Source: Nostoc sp. DedSLP01
GTDB lineage: Bacteria; Cyanobacteriota; Cyanobacteriia; Cyanobacteriales; Nostocaceae
DNA: 64,000 bases
NCBI GenBank assembly: GCA_034530875.2
Contig: JAVRCJ020000012.1
Coordinates: 152,366-216,365 of the forward strand
Direction: 5' to 3'
Positions 21,377-32,700 of this stretch are shown here, in pieces. Position numbers and translations under genes: made by a program. The stretch's first letter is position 1; every line of letters starts with the position of its first letter. The notes under the pieces were generated by a model, which was not told where the DNA came from, ran no database searches, and saw only the letters and a program-made list of their open reading frames with translations.

Positions 21377-21873
21377 ACACTAATTAAGTCTAGGTATATC
21401 TTTCAAGAAACATGGGGAAAGGGGAAAGGGGAAAGGGAAAAGGGGAAAGGGATTTAATTAATAATGTTGGTTTCTTTCGTAGTGGGTTGTGTACCGTCAG
21501 TGTATCTGCTTTTTAGAAAAATCTTTAGATTGTTGTAAATTCTCTCATATCTGCGGCTCAGTACATTAGTCAGATGAGTCATTGGCCATTAGACTTCTTA
21601 CAGAAGTGGGAAAAGTGAAAATAGATAAACAAAAAGAATCTTCCCTTTTCCCCTTACCCCTTTCCCTTTTCCCATCTAACCTTTGAGTATTTATGCTCTG
21701 AATCTGCCATTCAAGCAAAATCTTGGTAAGCTGATGTCTAAATATCTAGAGCTGAAGGATTGAAAGTTAATGGGTAATTGAGAACTTCAATAAAATTTCT
21801 TTGCCCAAAGGCTGTACTAGAGGAAATTCAATTCCTAGACAGCTCTCGATCAACTTAGTCTACAAGAAGGATA

Positions 21874-22884
21874 GTGATGTCGGGAATACGCTACGATTGG
21901 CAGGAATTAGAGATTCGGGCGATATACAATACGCCTTTGCTAGAGCTGATTTATCAAGCTGCTAGCGTGCATCGCCAATATCATGACCCAACAAAAATCC
22001 AAGTTTGTAAGCTTATATCTATTAAAACCGGAGGTTGTCCAGAAGATTGTAGCTACTGCGCCCAATCTTCGCGCTATCAAACAGAGGTAAAGCCGCAAGC
22101 ACTTTTAGAAAAGGAAACGGTAGTTAGTATTGCTCAAAAAGCTAAAGAAACTGGTGTTAGCCGCATTTGTATGGGTGCTGCTTGGCGTCAGGTGCGGGAT
22201 AACTCACAATTTGAGGAAGTCCTGGAAATGGTCAAGGATGTGACAGCAATGGGTTTGGAAGTATGCTGCACTCTAGGAATGTTGACACCAAATCAAGCCA
22301 AGCGATTAGAAGAAGCAGGACTTTACGCCTATAACCATAACTTGGATACTTCCCAAGAATATTACAGCACAATTATTACCACAAGAACTTATAGCGATCG
22401 CCTCAACACAATTGAGAATGTCCGTCAAACCAACGTCACTGTATGTTCCGGCGGTATCCTGGGTTTGGGCGAAACTGTGGATGACCGCGTTGCGATGTTG
22501 CAAACTCTAGCAAATTTACAACCGCATCCAGAATCAGTGCCGATTAATATTCTCTCCCAAGTACCGGGGACACCTTTAGAAAATCAGCCTGATGTCCCCA
22601 TTTGGGATGTTGTGCGTATGATTGCTACAGCCAGAATTATCATGCCAGGTTCCGATGTGCGTCTGAGTGCTGGTAGGGCGAGACTTTCTCAAGTCGAACA
22701 AGCTTTGTGCTTTATGGCAGGAGCCAATTCTATCTTCTCCAGCGACGACAACAAAATGCTGACGGTGACAACTCCGTGTCCAGATTATGATAGCGATCGC
22801 GAAATGCTAAATTTACTCGGTTTACAAATGCGTCCACCTTCCCAAAGACAGGAGAAACTGTCAACTCCAGCAGTTGTAGGATAA
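21874..22884 (+). CDS. bioB: Biotin synthase
   Basis: Radical SAM motif [33 protein letters not shown] and RLSAGR. Confidence 0.97.
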   Translation: MMSGIRYDWQELEIRAIYNTPLLELIYQAASVHRQYHDPTKIQVCKLISIKTGGCPEDCSYCAQSSRYQTEVKPQALLEKETVVSIAQKAKETGVSRICMGAAWRQVRDNSQFEEVLEMVKDVTAMGLEVCCTLGMLTPNQAKRLEEAGLYAYNHNLDTSQEYYSTIITTRTYSDRLNTIENVRQTNVTVCSGGILGLGETVDDRVAMLQTLANLQPHPESVPINILSQVPGTPLENQPDVPIWDVVRMIATARIIMPGSDVRLSAGRARLSQVEQALCFMAGANSIFSSDDNKMLTVTTPCPDYDSDREMLNLLGLQMRPPSQRQEKLSTPAVVG

Positions 22885-23191
22885 ATCTCTTGTAGGATGG
22901 GCGTCTCGCCCGTCCTGAAACTAAAGGCAGGCTGGGAAGCCCGCCTCACAAGAATCTAAATTAAATTATCTTGGCAGTCCGCAGACCGAAAAACAGACCG
23001 AGAGCTATACCAAAGAATAAACCCAAGAACCCAATGTAAGCTACAATTGCAAACATTTACTTTTCTCCACAATACTTCCTAAATCTATTGAATCATTAGA
23101 TGTGGGACATTGGGCATAGGGTAAACCAGGCATTAATGATGAATTATTCACCTTGCCCCGTTGCCATCTTGTGTTTGGATCGATATCTTTA

Positions 23192-23380
23192 CTAAGTGTT
23201 TTGTCTTTTTAATTCTTGTATCAATAATTGGCAGCGTTTACTAGCTTCTTTGGCTTGTCTCATTAGATTTTTACTTTGTTCCCGGTTAGTAATACTAATT
23301 TCAACCGCTTGTTGACTAAACTGTGCTGCTTGTTTACCTAGTTCTTGAATGCGACTTTTTAATTGCTCAACAGTTTTCAT
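23192..23380 (-). CDS. Small helical hypothetical protein (62 aa)
   Basis: ORF whose ATG overlaps the TGA of the upstream frame (ATGA overlap). Confidence 0.65.
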   Translation of the reverse strand: MKTVEQLKSRIQELGKQAAQFSQQAVEISITNREQSKNLMRQAKEASKRCQLLIQELKRQNT

Positions 23381-23577
23381 TCGCTCTCCAGTTCAGAAAT
23401 CAAGGTATCTATATTTTCAGCTTCTTCATAAATTTTATCTGCTCTACTCTGAAGTAAACTAGCATCGTCAAAATCATCGTTTTGAAGTGCTAGATCTGCG
23501 GCTGCATACAATTGTGCTGCTATCTACTGTAACTCTATATACACTCTGGACAAAATAGTAAATGTTTCTGCTTTCAT
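23377..23577 (-). pseudogene. Small acidic helical protein gene interrupted by an in-frame TAG
   Basis: Manual translation MKAETFTILSRVYIELQ*IAAQLYAAADLALQNDDFDDASLLQSRADKIYEEAENIDTLISELESE*; AAGGGA RBS upstream; TAG at 23526-23524. Confidence 0.7.
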
Positions 23578-23663
23578 TTTTCCCTTATATTATTTAGATA
23601 CCCGCTTCAATTTGCCAGATTGCGATAGAATACACCCCACGGGCGCTAGTTTGGGGTTGGGCA

Positions 23664-24755
23664 ATGACTTCTGTAATTAATGTAAATTTACCTGAGCAGT
23701 CTTATGAGATTGCGATCGCACCTTCGAGTTTAGATAAACTCGGCCAACACATGGCCAGTCTGAAGCTAGGTAAGAAGGTACTGCTGGTTTCTAATCCAAC
23801 TATTTTTAAGCATTTTGGCGAAAGAGCGATCGCATCCCTAAAATCTGCGGGGTTTGATGTTGCTAGCTGCACTCTACCACCTGGGGAACGCTATAAAACC
23901 CTCAACTCCATCCAAAAACTCTACGATGTCGCCTTGGAAAACCGCCTAGAACGTTCTTCTACTATGGTGGCTTTGGGGGGAGGTGTAATTGGCGATATGA
24001 CTGGGTTTGCTGCTGCAACCTGGCTGCGGGGGATTAATGTAGTACAAGTGCCTACCTCTTTGTTGGCAATGGTAGATTCGGCAATTGGTGGTAAAACTGG
24101 CGTCAATCATCCCCACGGGAAAAACTTAATTGGGGCATTCCATCAACCACGCTTAGTTTCGATCGACCCAGAAGTTTTGAAAACTCTTCCGGTGCGGGAG
24201 TTTCGGGCAGGAATGGCAGAAGTGATAAAATACGGCGTAATCTGGGATGCAGAATTGTTTGCCCAGTTGGAAGCAAGCAAACGCCTCGACCAACTCCGCT
24301 ATGTCAAACCTGAATTAGTAAACAGCATCATCACGCGTTCTTGTCAAGCGAAGGCGGATGTTGTCAGCAAAGATGAAAAAGAAGGTGGATTACGCGCAAT
24401 TCTCAACTACGGACATACCATCGGTCATGCAGTCGAGAGTTTGACTGGTTATCGAAGCGTGAATCATGGTGAAGCAGTGGCAATTGGTATGGTAGCGGCT
24501 GGGCAAATTGCTGTGGAATTGGGAATGTGGCAAAAGGAAGACGTGGAACGTCAAAACGCTTTAATTGAAAAAACAGGTTTACCGACGAAGTTACCAGCTG
24601 GGGTAGATATTGAAGCAATTATTGATGCGTTGCAGTTAGATAAAAAAGTCAAAGCGGGGAAAGTGCGATTTATTTTGCCAACGCAAATTGGTGTGGTGAC
24701 GATTACTGATGAAGTGCCATCAGATGTTATTCGACAAGTTTTGCAGGGGATTTGA
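23664..24755 (+). CDS. aroB: 3-dehydroquinate synthase
   Basis: [32 protein letters not shown] and [12 protein letters not shown] motifs. Confidence 0.97.
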   Translation: MTSVINVNLPEQSYEIAIAPSSLDKLGQHMASLKLGKKVLLVSNPTIFKHFGERAIASLKSAGFDVASCTLPPGERYKTLNSIQKLYDVALENRLERSSTMVALGGGVIGDMTGFAAATWLRGINVVQVPTSLLAMVDSAIGGKTGVNHPHGKNLIGAFHQPRLVSIDPEVLKTLPVREFRAGMAEVIKYGVIWDAELFAQLEASKRLDQLRYVKPELVNSIITRSCQAKADVVSKDEKEGGLRAILNYGHTIGHAVESLTGYRSVNHGEAVAIGMVAAGQIAVELGMWQKEDVERQNALIEKTGLPTKLPAGVDIEAIIDALQLDKKVKAGKVRFILPTQIGVVTITDEVPSDVIRQVLQGI

Positions 24756-24865
24756 TGCGTTGCTGATTTAATGTATGAAAACGATTGTGCGTGATTTTAA
24801 AGAGACGTTGGATTGCAACGTCTCTGGATTAATAGGGCAATTCAGCAACGCTGAAGCGTATTGTA

Positions 24866-26569
24866 TTATAAATTAGTTGGTATCGTCTTAAATTTATTGG
24901 CTGAACCTAATGAGTAATCTTCTAATTTAAAATCAGCAAAAGGCTTCTTTTTTAATCTATTACGTAGCGCTTCATCTACAATTACACCTGTGGATTCTTT
25001 TTTGACGCCAATAATTATAATACTTCTTTGATATGCAGTTAAATTTTGAGGTTTTTGACAATTAGTCCGTTGAAATTGACCTAAATTTAATAAACGGTAG
25101 CCTTTAACGCTTGGTTGATTAATAAATAATTTCTTAATTAAAATTTGTGTTTGTATGGCTCGTTCTAAAGCTATACTTTGTTGAAATTTGATATTACCTT
25201 TACAAGAAGCTGTACCCACAGAGATAATCTCATTAGGGTTTTCCATAATATTTTGGATAGCTTCTCGTTCTAAGTTCAACTTTAAAAGATTAAGGCTAAT
25301 AATTTCATCATGATGTTGAACTTGAAAAGTGCTACCTCTAACCCACTTATATTGTAGTGATAAAACAGCTATATTAAATTTGGCAATTCTACCCTGACTA
25401 TCTCTACCTTCTTTATAAGTAAAATAATCAATATTACCTTTTTTTTCTGGAAGTTGCCCATAATTGGGTATCCAAGAAATTTTTGATGTCTGCGTCGCTA
25501 GAACTATGATAGTAAGCAACCCTAAAGCTACTAGGAGGGCAGTAAAAATACCAAGTAACGGGATTTTTTCTATCTGATTATTTGAATCGAATAAAGTTTG
25601 AGTAATTGGTGGTGAAGGCTCCGATTCAAAATTCTTTTCAACATTGACAGTTGAAATGTTCGGTTTTGTTAGTTGATTTTCAACTTCTTCTATATGCTGC
25701 AAAATTTCTTGGGCATTAGTAGGACGTTGTGCGACATCCAGCGCCATCAGCCAATCAATTAAATTTAATAGTAAAGGTGAAATATCGATCGCATGATTTT
25801 GCCAGCGCAACAAATTGTGGTGGACATCATACATATCTAAAGGATGTTTTCCCGTCAGCAAAAAGACAAAAGTTCGTCCTAAAGCAAAGAAATCTGATTG
25901 TGGTACAGCTTCACCATTCATTTGTTCGGGGGCACTGTAACCAGATGACATTAGTGCTGTCATTTTATGACTATTGCTCGGTTCCTCTGGGTAGATTTTG
26001 ACGATTTTATTAGCGGTACCAAAATCAATGATTACTAATTGCCCATCAGGTTTAATCATGATATTGGATGGCTTAATATCTCGATGCAGATATTGTTTGC
26101 TATGGACTAAATCCACAATTTCTGTTAGCTGTTTTAACCAGGCGATCGCTTGTTGTTGGGAAATAGCCCCATTGCCCCGTTCAAACCATTCTTGTAAGTT
26201 GTACCCCTCGATTTTTTCCATTGCAATGCAATGCAACGCTAAACCATTTCGCGTTTGATATTGGAAGTAACTATCCTCCTTGGGAATACCAGGATGCTTG
26301 AGTTTTAGCAGCACAGTAAACTCTTGCTGAAATAGTTCTACTGCTTGGGGATTGCTTGATAAATCTTCTTTAAGAACCTTGAGAATTTTGGGCGTATTTT
26401 GTTCGTAACCCTCATAAACTCTACTAAAACCTGATTTGTCGCTCAGCAGAGATTTCACTCGATAACGCCCTAGTAATTCCAGGTGAGAACCACAACTTTG
26501 ACAAAAACGGTTTTGATGATTATTTGGGTGATTTGGTTTAGGGCAAAGCGGATTGATACAAAGGCTCAT
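24866..26569 (-). CDS. Membrane Ser/Thr protein kinase (4-Cys zinc-ribbon prefix, TM, extracytoplasmic domain)
   Basis: MSLCINPLC..FCQSCG, HRDIKPSN, DFG and GYSAPEQ motifs, then a TM helix. True start likely ATG 26569; the longer ORF-track N-terminus is repeat-derived. Confidence 0.88.
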   Translation of the reverse strand: MSLCINPLCPKPNHPNNHQNRFCQSCGSHLELLGRYRVKSLLSDKSGFSRVYEGYEQNTPKILKVLKEDLSSNPQAVELFQQEFTVLLKLKHPGIPKEDSYFQYQTRNGLALHCIAMEKIEGYNLQEWFERGNGAISQQQAIAWLKQLTEIVDLVHSKQYLHRDIKPSNIMIKPDGQLVIIDFGTANKIVKIYPEEPSNSHKMTALMSSGYSAPEQMNGEAVPQSDFFALGRTFVFLLTGKHPLDMYDVHHNLLRWQNHAIDISPLLLNLIDWLMALDVAQRPTNAQEILQHIEEVENQLTKPNISTVNVEKNFESEPSPPITQTLFDSNNQIEKIPLLGIFTALLVALGLLTIIVLATQTSKISWIPNYGQLPEKKGNIDYFTYKEGRDSQGRIAKFNIAVLSLQYKWVRGSTFQVQHHDEIISLNLLKLNLEREAIQNIMENPNEIISVGTASCKGNIKFQQSIALERAIQTQILIKKLFINQPSVKGYRLLNLGQFQRTNCQKPQNLTAYQRSIIIIGVKKESTGVIVDEALRNRLKKKPFADFKLEDYSLGSANKFKTIPTNL

Positions 26570-26756
26570 GAGTCGAGAGTGGGGAGTGGGGAGATGAGGG
26601 GGATGAGGGGGATGAGGGAGACGCAGGGACGCAGGGACGCGGAGAGTAATCAATGCCGTGTTTGGCCAATGCCCTATGCCCTATGCCCTTAAACATCGCT
26701 CATCTTTATTCTTCTGTTTTTGTGGAATAATCCCGTTTAAATAATCATGAGATTTT

Positions 26757-27596
26757 TTATCTCTGTTCTGCTAAGAAAGCAGCTACAGTCTGGTTAAATG
26801 CCTCTGGTTGTGTCAAAAATGGCCAGTGATTGCCGGGAACTTGGCAAAGACGTAAGTTTTGCAGATAGGTTTTATAGGGTTGGATTTGCCAATTTTGGCG
26901 GTTAAGTCCTTGTTTTGGCTGGATGAAGAGGGTAGGGGTGTCAAGGGGAATGGTAAAACCAGGCACTTTTATTACTGCGTCAAAAATTCCGTCGCGGGCG
27001 GCAATAGTAAATTTGCTCCCCCAGCTACCATCGGGTTTTTGCTCGATTCCTGCTTGAAAGACTTGCTGCTGTAGAGGACTCCATCCTTGATATTGTTTTA
27101 ATTGCCGTGCTTGTTGTTCTGCTTCTTCGCAACTAGCAAAGGGGCCCATGCTTTTGAGGAAAGGCAAGAAGCGATATAACATTGGAAAAGTTAGCGCAAA
27201 AACGCTAGGCATTTTCCAAATGAAAATAGGATCGATTAAAATCATACTTCGTAAACGCTTTGGATTTTGTCTAGCCCAAATCACGGCTAATTTACCCGTC
27301 CAAGAGTGACTGACAACATGGGCAGAAGTCCATCCAAGACTATCCATGAGTGTTTCCAGGTCTGCGATCGCACTTTCAAAGCTATAATCTCTCTCTGGCT
27401 TACTACTTTCACCATGTCCGCGCATATCTGGCGCAACTATGTGGTAATCTCGCGCCAAGTAATCTGCCAAATTAGACCACACAAGAGCGCAATCGCCTAA
27501 ACCGTGTAACAAGAGTAAAGGCTCTTGACCTTGATTCCACTCTAAATAAGAAAGTTGGATATCAGCTTTTGCTAAAGTTCGACGTATAGGCATCAT
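26757..27596 (-). CDS. Alpha/beta fold hydrolase
   Basis: LLLHGLGD, APDMRGHGES, nucleophile elbow SHSWTG and C-terminal GNHW. Confidence 0.9.
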   Translation of the reverse strand: MMPIRRTLAKADIQLSYLEWNQGQEPLLLLHGLGDCALVWSNLADYLARDYHIVAPDMRGHGESSKPERDYSFESAIADLETLMDSLGWTSAHVVSHSWTGKLAVIWARQNPKRLRSMILIDPIFIWKMPSVFALTFPMLYRFLPFLKSMGPFASCEEAEQQARQLKQYQGWSPLQQQVFQAGIEQKPDGSWGSKFTIAARDGIFDAVIKVPGFTIPLDTPTLFIQPKQGLNRQNWQIQPYKTYLQNLRLCQVPGNHWPFLTQPEAFNQTVAAFLAEQR

Positions 27597-27671
27597 TGCG
27601 CATCCATCCCTAGAGAGATATCTTTGCGTTTATATCGTACTGTGAAATGAGGGGGGCAGGGGGCATGGGGC

Positions 27672-27750
27672 AGGGGAAAAGGTTAAAGGGAAAAGGGAAA
27701 AGGAATAAATATAATCTTTCCCCTTTCCCCCTTACCCCAATCCCAATACC
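27672..27750. repeat. About 80-bp dispersed STRR-derived palindromic repeat, copy 1 (copy 2 at about 43063-43140)
   Basis: AGGGGAAAAGGTTAAAGGGAAAAGGGAAAAGGAATAAATwTAATCTTTCCCCTTTCCCC..ACCCCAATCCCAATACC is nearly identical at both sites. Confidence 0.85.
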
Positions 27751-27896
27751 CCATTCCAATGCCCCATACCCAATACCCCATTCAGTTACCAATTACCACT
27801 TTGTGAGTCTGAGGATTGTACTAATTGACACGAAATAATGACACTAATGAATGCCAAGATCGAAAGTAAAGATGCCCCAAGGATATTTAAAGTACT

Positions 27897-29429
27897 ATGC
27901 CAGAATTACACCAATCAATCGCTCAGCATTATCACGAAAGAACTAAATACGATCCTGAAACTCTTGCTTTGAAAACTCAAAGGTTGGAGTGGGCTAAACA
28001 GCCAGTGCCTTTTAAGGAATACAAAATTGGCTCTAGTTACGATCTCAAACCTTATATCCAAGAAAAACCAGAGGCATTTGCTAATAATGCAGATGCTCAA
28101 TGGTGGCGAAGACTGTCGCGGTTGCTGTTTCGCAGCTACGGACTAACGGCAAAAATGCCTTCTATGGGTAGTGCAGTGTATTTACGTGCTGCTCCCAGTG
28201 CTGGCGGGTTGTATCCTGCGGAAGTGTATTTGATCTCCCGTGGCACATCGTTATTGCCGCCAGGACTTTATAATTATCAGTCCCGGAATCATTCCTTGAT
28301 GCATTATTGGGAAAGCGATGTTTGGCAAAGTCTGCAAGCAGCTTGCTTCTGGCATCCTTCCCTAGAAAATACGCAACTGGCAATTATTGTAACGGCGGTT
28401 TTCTATCGTTCTGCTTGGCGTTATGAAGACCGGGCTTATCGGCGAATTTTTCTGGATAGCGGCCACCTTTTAGGTAATATCGAGTTAGCTGGTGCGATCG
28501 CTGACTATCGTCCCCATTTAATCGGCGGTTTTGTAGATGAAGCTATAAACGATTTGCTTTATGTCGATCCGCAACAGGAAGGCGCGATCGCTATTCTACC
28601 TCTGGCAGATTTGTTAGATATCAATCAAAATCTTCCATTGGGATGCACTGCTTTACCTTCTGCCACTGAAACTATTTATCCCCAAATCCCTGATGGCGAA
28701 CTGCTGTCATATTTCCATCAACACACCCAAATTCAACCAGGCGTAACTGGCAAGCTCAATCTCCCAGTTATTAAACAAGAAAAATCTTTAGAGGATAAAT
28801 ACAATTTTCCTTTCTGTTTGAAAATTCCCACCAACACTACACCTATAAATTGGGGAGAAAACCTCTCAGAATTGGAAATCGCTATGCATAAGCGACGTTC
28901 TACCCGCGCTTACAATGGTGAGGATTTAACTTTCGACGAACTTAAAAGTTTACTCGATTTCACCTATCAACCGCAAAATTATATCGACCAATCTTTAGAT
29001 ATTTCTCCAGATTACTTTGACCCGAATTTAATAGAAACGTTTATTGCTGTTTGCGGTGTCAAAGGACTGGAGTCTGGCTGTTATTATTACGCACCCAAAG
29101 CGCAAGAATTACGCCAAATTCGCTTTAAAAATTTCCGGCGAGAGTTACATTTTCTCTGCTTGGGACAAGAATTAGGACGAGATGCAGCAGCAGTGTTGTT
29201 TCATACAGCGGATCTTAAAGCTGCGATCGCTCAGTATGGCGATCGCGTTTACCGTTACTTACACATGGATGCCGGTCATTTAGGACAACGCCTGAATTTA
29301 GCTGCAATGCACTTAAATATAGGCGTTAGCGGTATCGGCGGATTCTTTGACGACCAGGTAAATGAAGTTTTAGGTATTCCTGCTGATGAAGCCGTTTTAT
29401 ATATTACTACATTTGGACGCCCAAGATAG
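27897..29429 (+). CDS. SagB/ThcOx family FMN-dependent dehydrogenase (two nitroreductase-like domains)
   Basis: YHERTKY, LRAAPSAGGLYPAEVY, RAYRRIFLDSGH, second domain KRRSTR and YRYLHMDAGHLGQ. Confidence 0.92.
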   Translation: MPELHQSIAQHYHERTKYDPETLALKTQRLEWAKQPVPFKEYKIGSSYDLKPYIQEKPEAFANNADAQWWRRLSRLLFRSYGLTAKMPSMGSAVYLRAAPSAGGLYPAEVYLISRGTSLLPPGLYNYQSRNHSLMHYWESDVWQSLQAACFWHPSLENTQLAIIVTAVFYRSAWRYEDRAYRRIFLDSGHLLGNIELAGAIADYRPHLIGGFVDEAINDLLYVDPQQEGAIAILPLADLLDINQNLPLGCTALPSATETIYPQIPDGELLSYFHQHTQIQPGVTGKLNLPVIKQEKSLEDKYNFPFCLKIPTNTTPINWGENLSELEIAMHKRRSTRAYNGEDLTFDELKSLLDFTYQPQNYIDQSLDISPDYFDPNLIETFIAVCGVKGLESGCYYYAPKAQELRQIRFKNFRRELHFLCLGQELGRDAAAVLFHTADLKAAIAQYGDRVYRYLHMDAGHLGQRLNLAAMHLNIGVSGIGGFFDDQVNEVLGIPADEAVLYITTFGRPR

Positions 29430-29445
29430 AACGAACTGTTTCAAG

Positions 29446-29495
29446 CCAGAGGACACAGAGAAATCAGAAAATCTCTGTGTCTGGAGTTTGTTTTT
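29446..29495 (+). terminator. Probable intrinsic terminator after the SagB-like gene
   Basis: ACACAGAGA-loop-TCTCTGTGT stem followed by a T-rich tract. Confidence 0.55.
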
Positions 29496-29885
29496 CAATT
29501 GAGTCGCTAAACTTTTGGCGGCAAATATTTTTGTAGATAATTTTACTTTGATTTTTTAAGATGCTTAATACCCTGATAGTATCAATTTATGTTTTTGTAG
29601 CCTAAAAAACTATGTATTACGTACAGGGTACTGATGAAGATTATTTATTTTTTAATACAACTTATTTAATTAATTGCAAAGCCTTATTGAAAATCAACTA
29701 AGATTAATATCTAAAAAAGATTTAAAAGGTAAATTATAAACTTTTGAAAAAATTTATTTTAAAACTATTGCTATTAACTACAAAAGGCTAATTTCCTATT
29801 GCCTATTCGCGTAAAGTAAGTTGAAAACTTAAAATCGATTGCTATATAAAAATTAAGTATAAAAAGTGTTTTTAGATAAAAATTA

Positions 29886-32690
29886 ATGCTATTTACTCAA
29901 AATGAAAGCCAACGGCTAGAAGTACTCAGTCAGTATAAAATTTTAGATACACCTCCAGAAGAAATCTTTGATGGACTAGCTCAAATAGCTGCTAATTTTT
30001 GCGAAACACCAATCGCTTTGATTACTTTAATCGATGAAAAACGCGAGTGGTTGAAGTCAAAAATAGGAGTAACTATATCAGAATTTCCTCGCAACCTTGC
30101 TTTTGGCAGTTACACGATATTGCAGAATGACATATTAATTATTCAGGATACTTTGCAGGATGAAAGGTTTGCAACAAATCCTTTTGTAATATCAAATGAT
30201 GGTTTCCGGTTCTATGCAGGGGTTCCCCTAGTTACCTCTAATGGATTTGCATTAGGTACTCTTTGTGTCATTGATTTTATTGTGCGAAACTTGAATGTTA
30301 AGGAGCAAGTTGCTTTACAACAGTTAGCTAGACAAATAATCATTTATTTAGAGTTACATCGGCAAAAAACTATAGATGAGAGTCAAAAAACTTTTAATTT
30401 GCTTTTTTCTAAAAATCCTAACCCTATGTGGGTGTTTGACGAAAATAATCTGCAATTTTTAGATGTAAATGAAGCTGCTATTGTTCGCTATGGATACTCG
30501 CGACAAGAATTTTTGCAAATGCAAATAACCGATATTAGCTCTTCAGAAAATGTGTCTAGACTTTTAGAAGATTTAGCCCAAAAAAATTATAGTTTAGATT
30601 TGCACTTTTGCGGACAATGCCAACATCGTTGTCAAGACGGACAAATAATTGATGTTGAAATTTTTATCTGTGCAATAGATTACGAGAATAAAAAGGCTAG
30701 GTTAGTTAATATAAAAGATATTACAGAGCAGAAACGATTAGAAAAAAATTTTGCAGAAATTGAAGCTAAAATTCGAGAATTTTATCAAGCAATTCCCGTT
30801 CCATTAATTATTTCGCGTCTGTCTGATGGTTTAATATTATATGCTAATCCAGAATTAGTTAAAATATTTAGTTTTTCGTTGAAAGATTTTATTAACAAAA
30901 AATATTTATTAGATTTATACTACGATCTAACTGATTTAACTTTACTATTAGAAGTTTTAAATAGATATGGATTTATTCATAATTACGAGCTTAAATTGAA
31001 AAAAGAAGACGGTAGTTATTTTTGGGCGATCGCTTCACTACAATATTTAACTTTCAACAATCAAGCAGCTATATTAACAATATTATATGATATTACCGAC
31101 CGCAAAAATATAGAAACAAAGCTTCAAGAACAAAACGAATTTTTGCGGTTAATTTTTGAAAATATTCCGTTGATGATTGCACTCATTAATCATGATGGTA
31201 AACTCCAGTGGGTGAACCAAGAATGGGAAAGGGTTCTCGGCTGGAAGTTTCAAGATTTCCAAAATTTAGATCTGTTAGAAGCTCTATATCCTAATCCTGA
31301 ATATCGTCAGTATGTGATTAAATTCATTCAGTCTGCACAACGGAATTGGGGTGACTTTAGAACTCAAGTAAAGAGTGGTCATTCACTATATACATCTTGG
31401 ACTAATGTTAAACTGCCAAATGGTCAACTAATCGGTATCGGACAAGATATCACACAACGCAAGGAAACTGAATTTGCTTTCAAAGCTCAAGCTGAACGAG
31501 AGCAATTAATCCGAACCGTTGCTCAAAGGATTCGTCAATCTTTGAATCTTCAAGATATTCTCAATACAACAGTTCAACAAGTGCGAGATTTGCTGCAAGT
31601 TGAGCGAGTTATAGTTTATCAGTTTGACCAAAACAGGTTCGGCACAATTATGGCAGAATCAGTAGAGCCTGGATGGACAGTTTCTTTAGGCGTAGAGATT
31701 CATGATACTTGTTTTCAAACAGGCGCAGGAGTAGAGTATTATCAAGGACGCAAACGAGCGCTCGCTAATATTTATCAAGCTGAACTAACTGATTGCCATA
31801 TTCGCTTATTAGAAAGGTTTGAGGTCAAAGCAAACTTAGTCGTACCCATTTTACTAGAAGTAGGCTCTCAAAACCTTGGCTCTCACCTTTGGGGTTTACT
31901 AATTGCTCACCAATGTTCGCGGTTTCGTGAGTGGGAAGAAAATCAATTAGATTTGCTCGACCAAGTTACAGTACAATTAGCGATCGCTATTCAACAATCT
32001 ACTATCTTTGAACAAGCTCAAACCGAACTTATTCAAAGACAAAAAGCCGAAATCAAGCTCAGAAGTGCTTTAGCAGAGAAAGAAGTTCTGTTAAAAGAAG
32101 TCCATCATCGAGTCAAAAATAATTTACAGATTGTCTCTAGCTTATTGCAACTCCAGTCTCACACACTTACAGATCCAGAAGTCATTAAAGTTCTTAGAGA
32201 AAGTCAAAACCGCATCGATTCAATCTCTTTAATTCACAAGAATTTATACATTTCCGCTAATATTGGACAAATTGATGTTGGTGATTACATCCATAATTTG
32301 GCAACTAATTTATTAATTTCCTATCAAATAGTGCCTGGTAGAATTACTCTAGAAACTGACTTAGATTCAGTTAGTTTAAATCTTGACCAAGCTATTGCTT
32401 GTGGACTGGTAATTAACGAATTAATCTCTAATGCCCTGAAGCACGCTTTTCCTAACCAACAGCCAGGCACAATTCGTATTGCTTTACGAAATATTGATAA
32501 TACTATCGAGATGATTATCCAAGACAATGGTGTTGGTTTACCAGATAATTTAGATTGGAGAAATACTGCTTCTTTGGGTCTCTCTTTAGTGTATGACTTA
32601 GTAACAGAACAACTTGAAGGTGAGATTACTCTAGAACGCAATCGTGGAACAGTATTCAAAATCCAATTCCCACAGTTAACTTTGGATTAG
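29886..32690 (+). CDS. GAF-PAS-PAS-PAS-GAF(DXCF cyanobacteriochrome)-HisKA_2 histidine kinase
   Basis: Second GAF has IHDTCF and LTDCH..FEVKANLVVPI..LWGLLIAHQC; kinase H-box LLKEVHHRVKNNLQ. Confidence 0.9.
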   Translation: MLFTQNESQRLEVLSQYKILDTPPEEIFDGLAQIAANFCETPIALITLIDEKREWLKSKIGVTISEFPRNLAFGSYTILQNDILIIQDTLQDERFATNPFVISNDGFRFYAGVPLVTSNGFALGTLCVIDFIVRNLNVKEQVALQQLARQIIIYLELHRQKTIDESQKTFNLLFSKNPNPMWVFDENNLQFLDVNEAAIVRYGYSRQEFLQMQITDISSSENVSRLLEDLAQKNYSLDLHFCGQCQHRCQDGQIIDVEIFICAIDYENKKARLVNIKDITEQKRLEKNFAEIEAKIREFYQAIPVPLIISRLSDGLILYANPELVKIFSFSLKDFINKKYLLDLYYDLTDLTLLLEVLNRYGFIHNYELKLKKEDGSYFWAIASLQYLTFNNQAAILTILYDITDRKNIETKLQEQNEFLRLIFENIPLMIALINHDGKLQWVNQEWERVLGWKFQDFQNLDLLEALYPNPEYRQYVIKFIQSAQRNWGDFRTQVKSGHSLYTSWTNVKLPNGQLIGIGQDITQRKETEFAFKAQAEREQLIRTVAQRIRQSLNLQDILNTTVQQVRDLLQVERVIVYQFDQNRFGTIMAESVEPGWTVSLGVEIHDTCFQTGAGVEYYQGRKRALANIYQAELTDCHIRLLERFEVKANLVVPILLEVGSQNLGSHLWGLLIAHQCSRFREWEENQLDLLDQVTVQLAIAIQQSTIFEQAQTELIQRQKAEIKLRSALAEKEVLLKEVHHRVKNNLQIVSSLLQLQSHTLTDPEVIKVLRESQNRIDSISLIHKNLYISANIGQIDVGDYIHNLATNLLISYQIVPGRITLETDLDSVSLNLDQAIACGLVINELISNALKHAFPNQQPGTIRIALRNIDNTIEMIIQDNGVGLPDNLDWRNTASLGLSLVYDLVTEQLEGEITLERNRGTVFKIQFPQLTLD

Positions 32691-32700
32691 TAAATATCAA

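Noticed and set aside
26570..26692. ORF-track extension of the kinase and overlapping small ORFs
   Set aside because: Derived from G-rich tandem repeats; the family start MSLCINP is at 26569.
27897..29429. Possible azole-containing RiPP cluster around the SagB-like gene
   Set aside because: No YcaO/cyclodehydratase, precursor peptide or dedicated protease is adjacent; it looks like a stand-alone gene.
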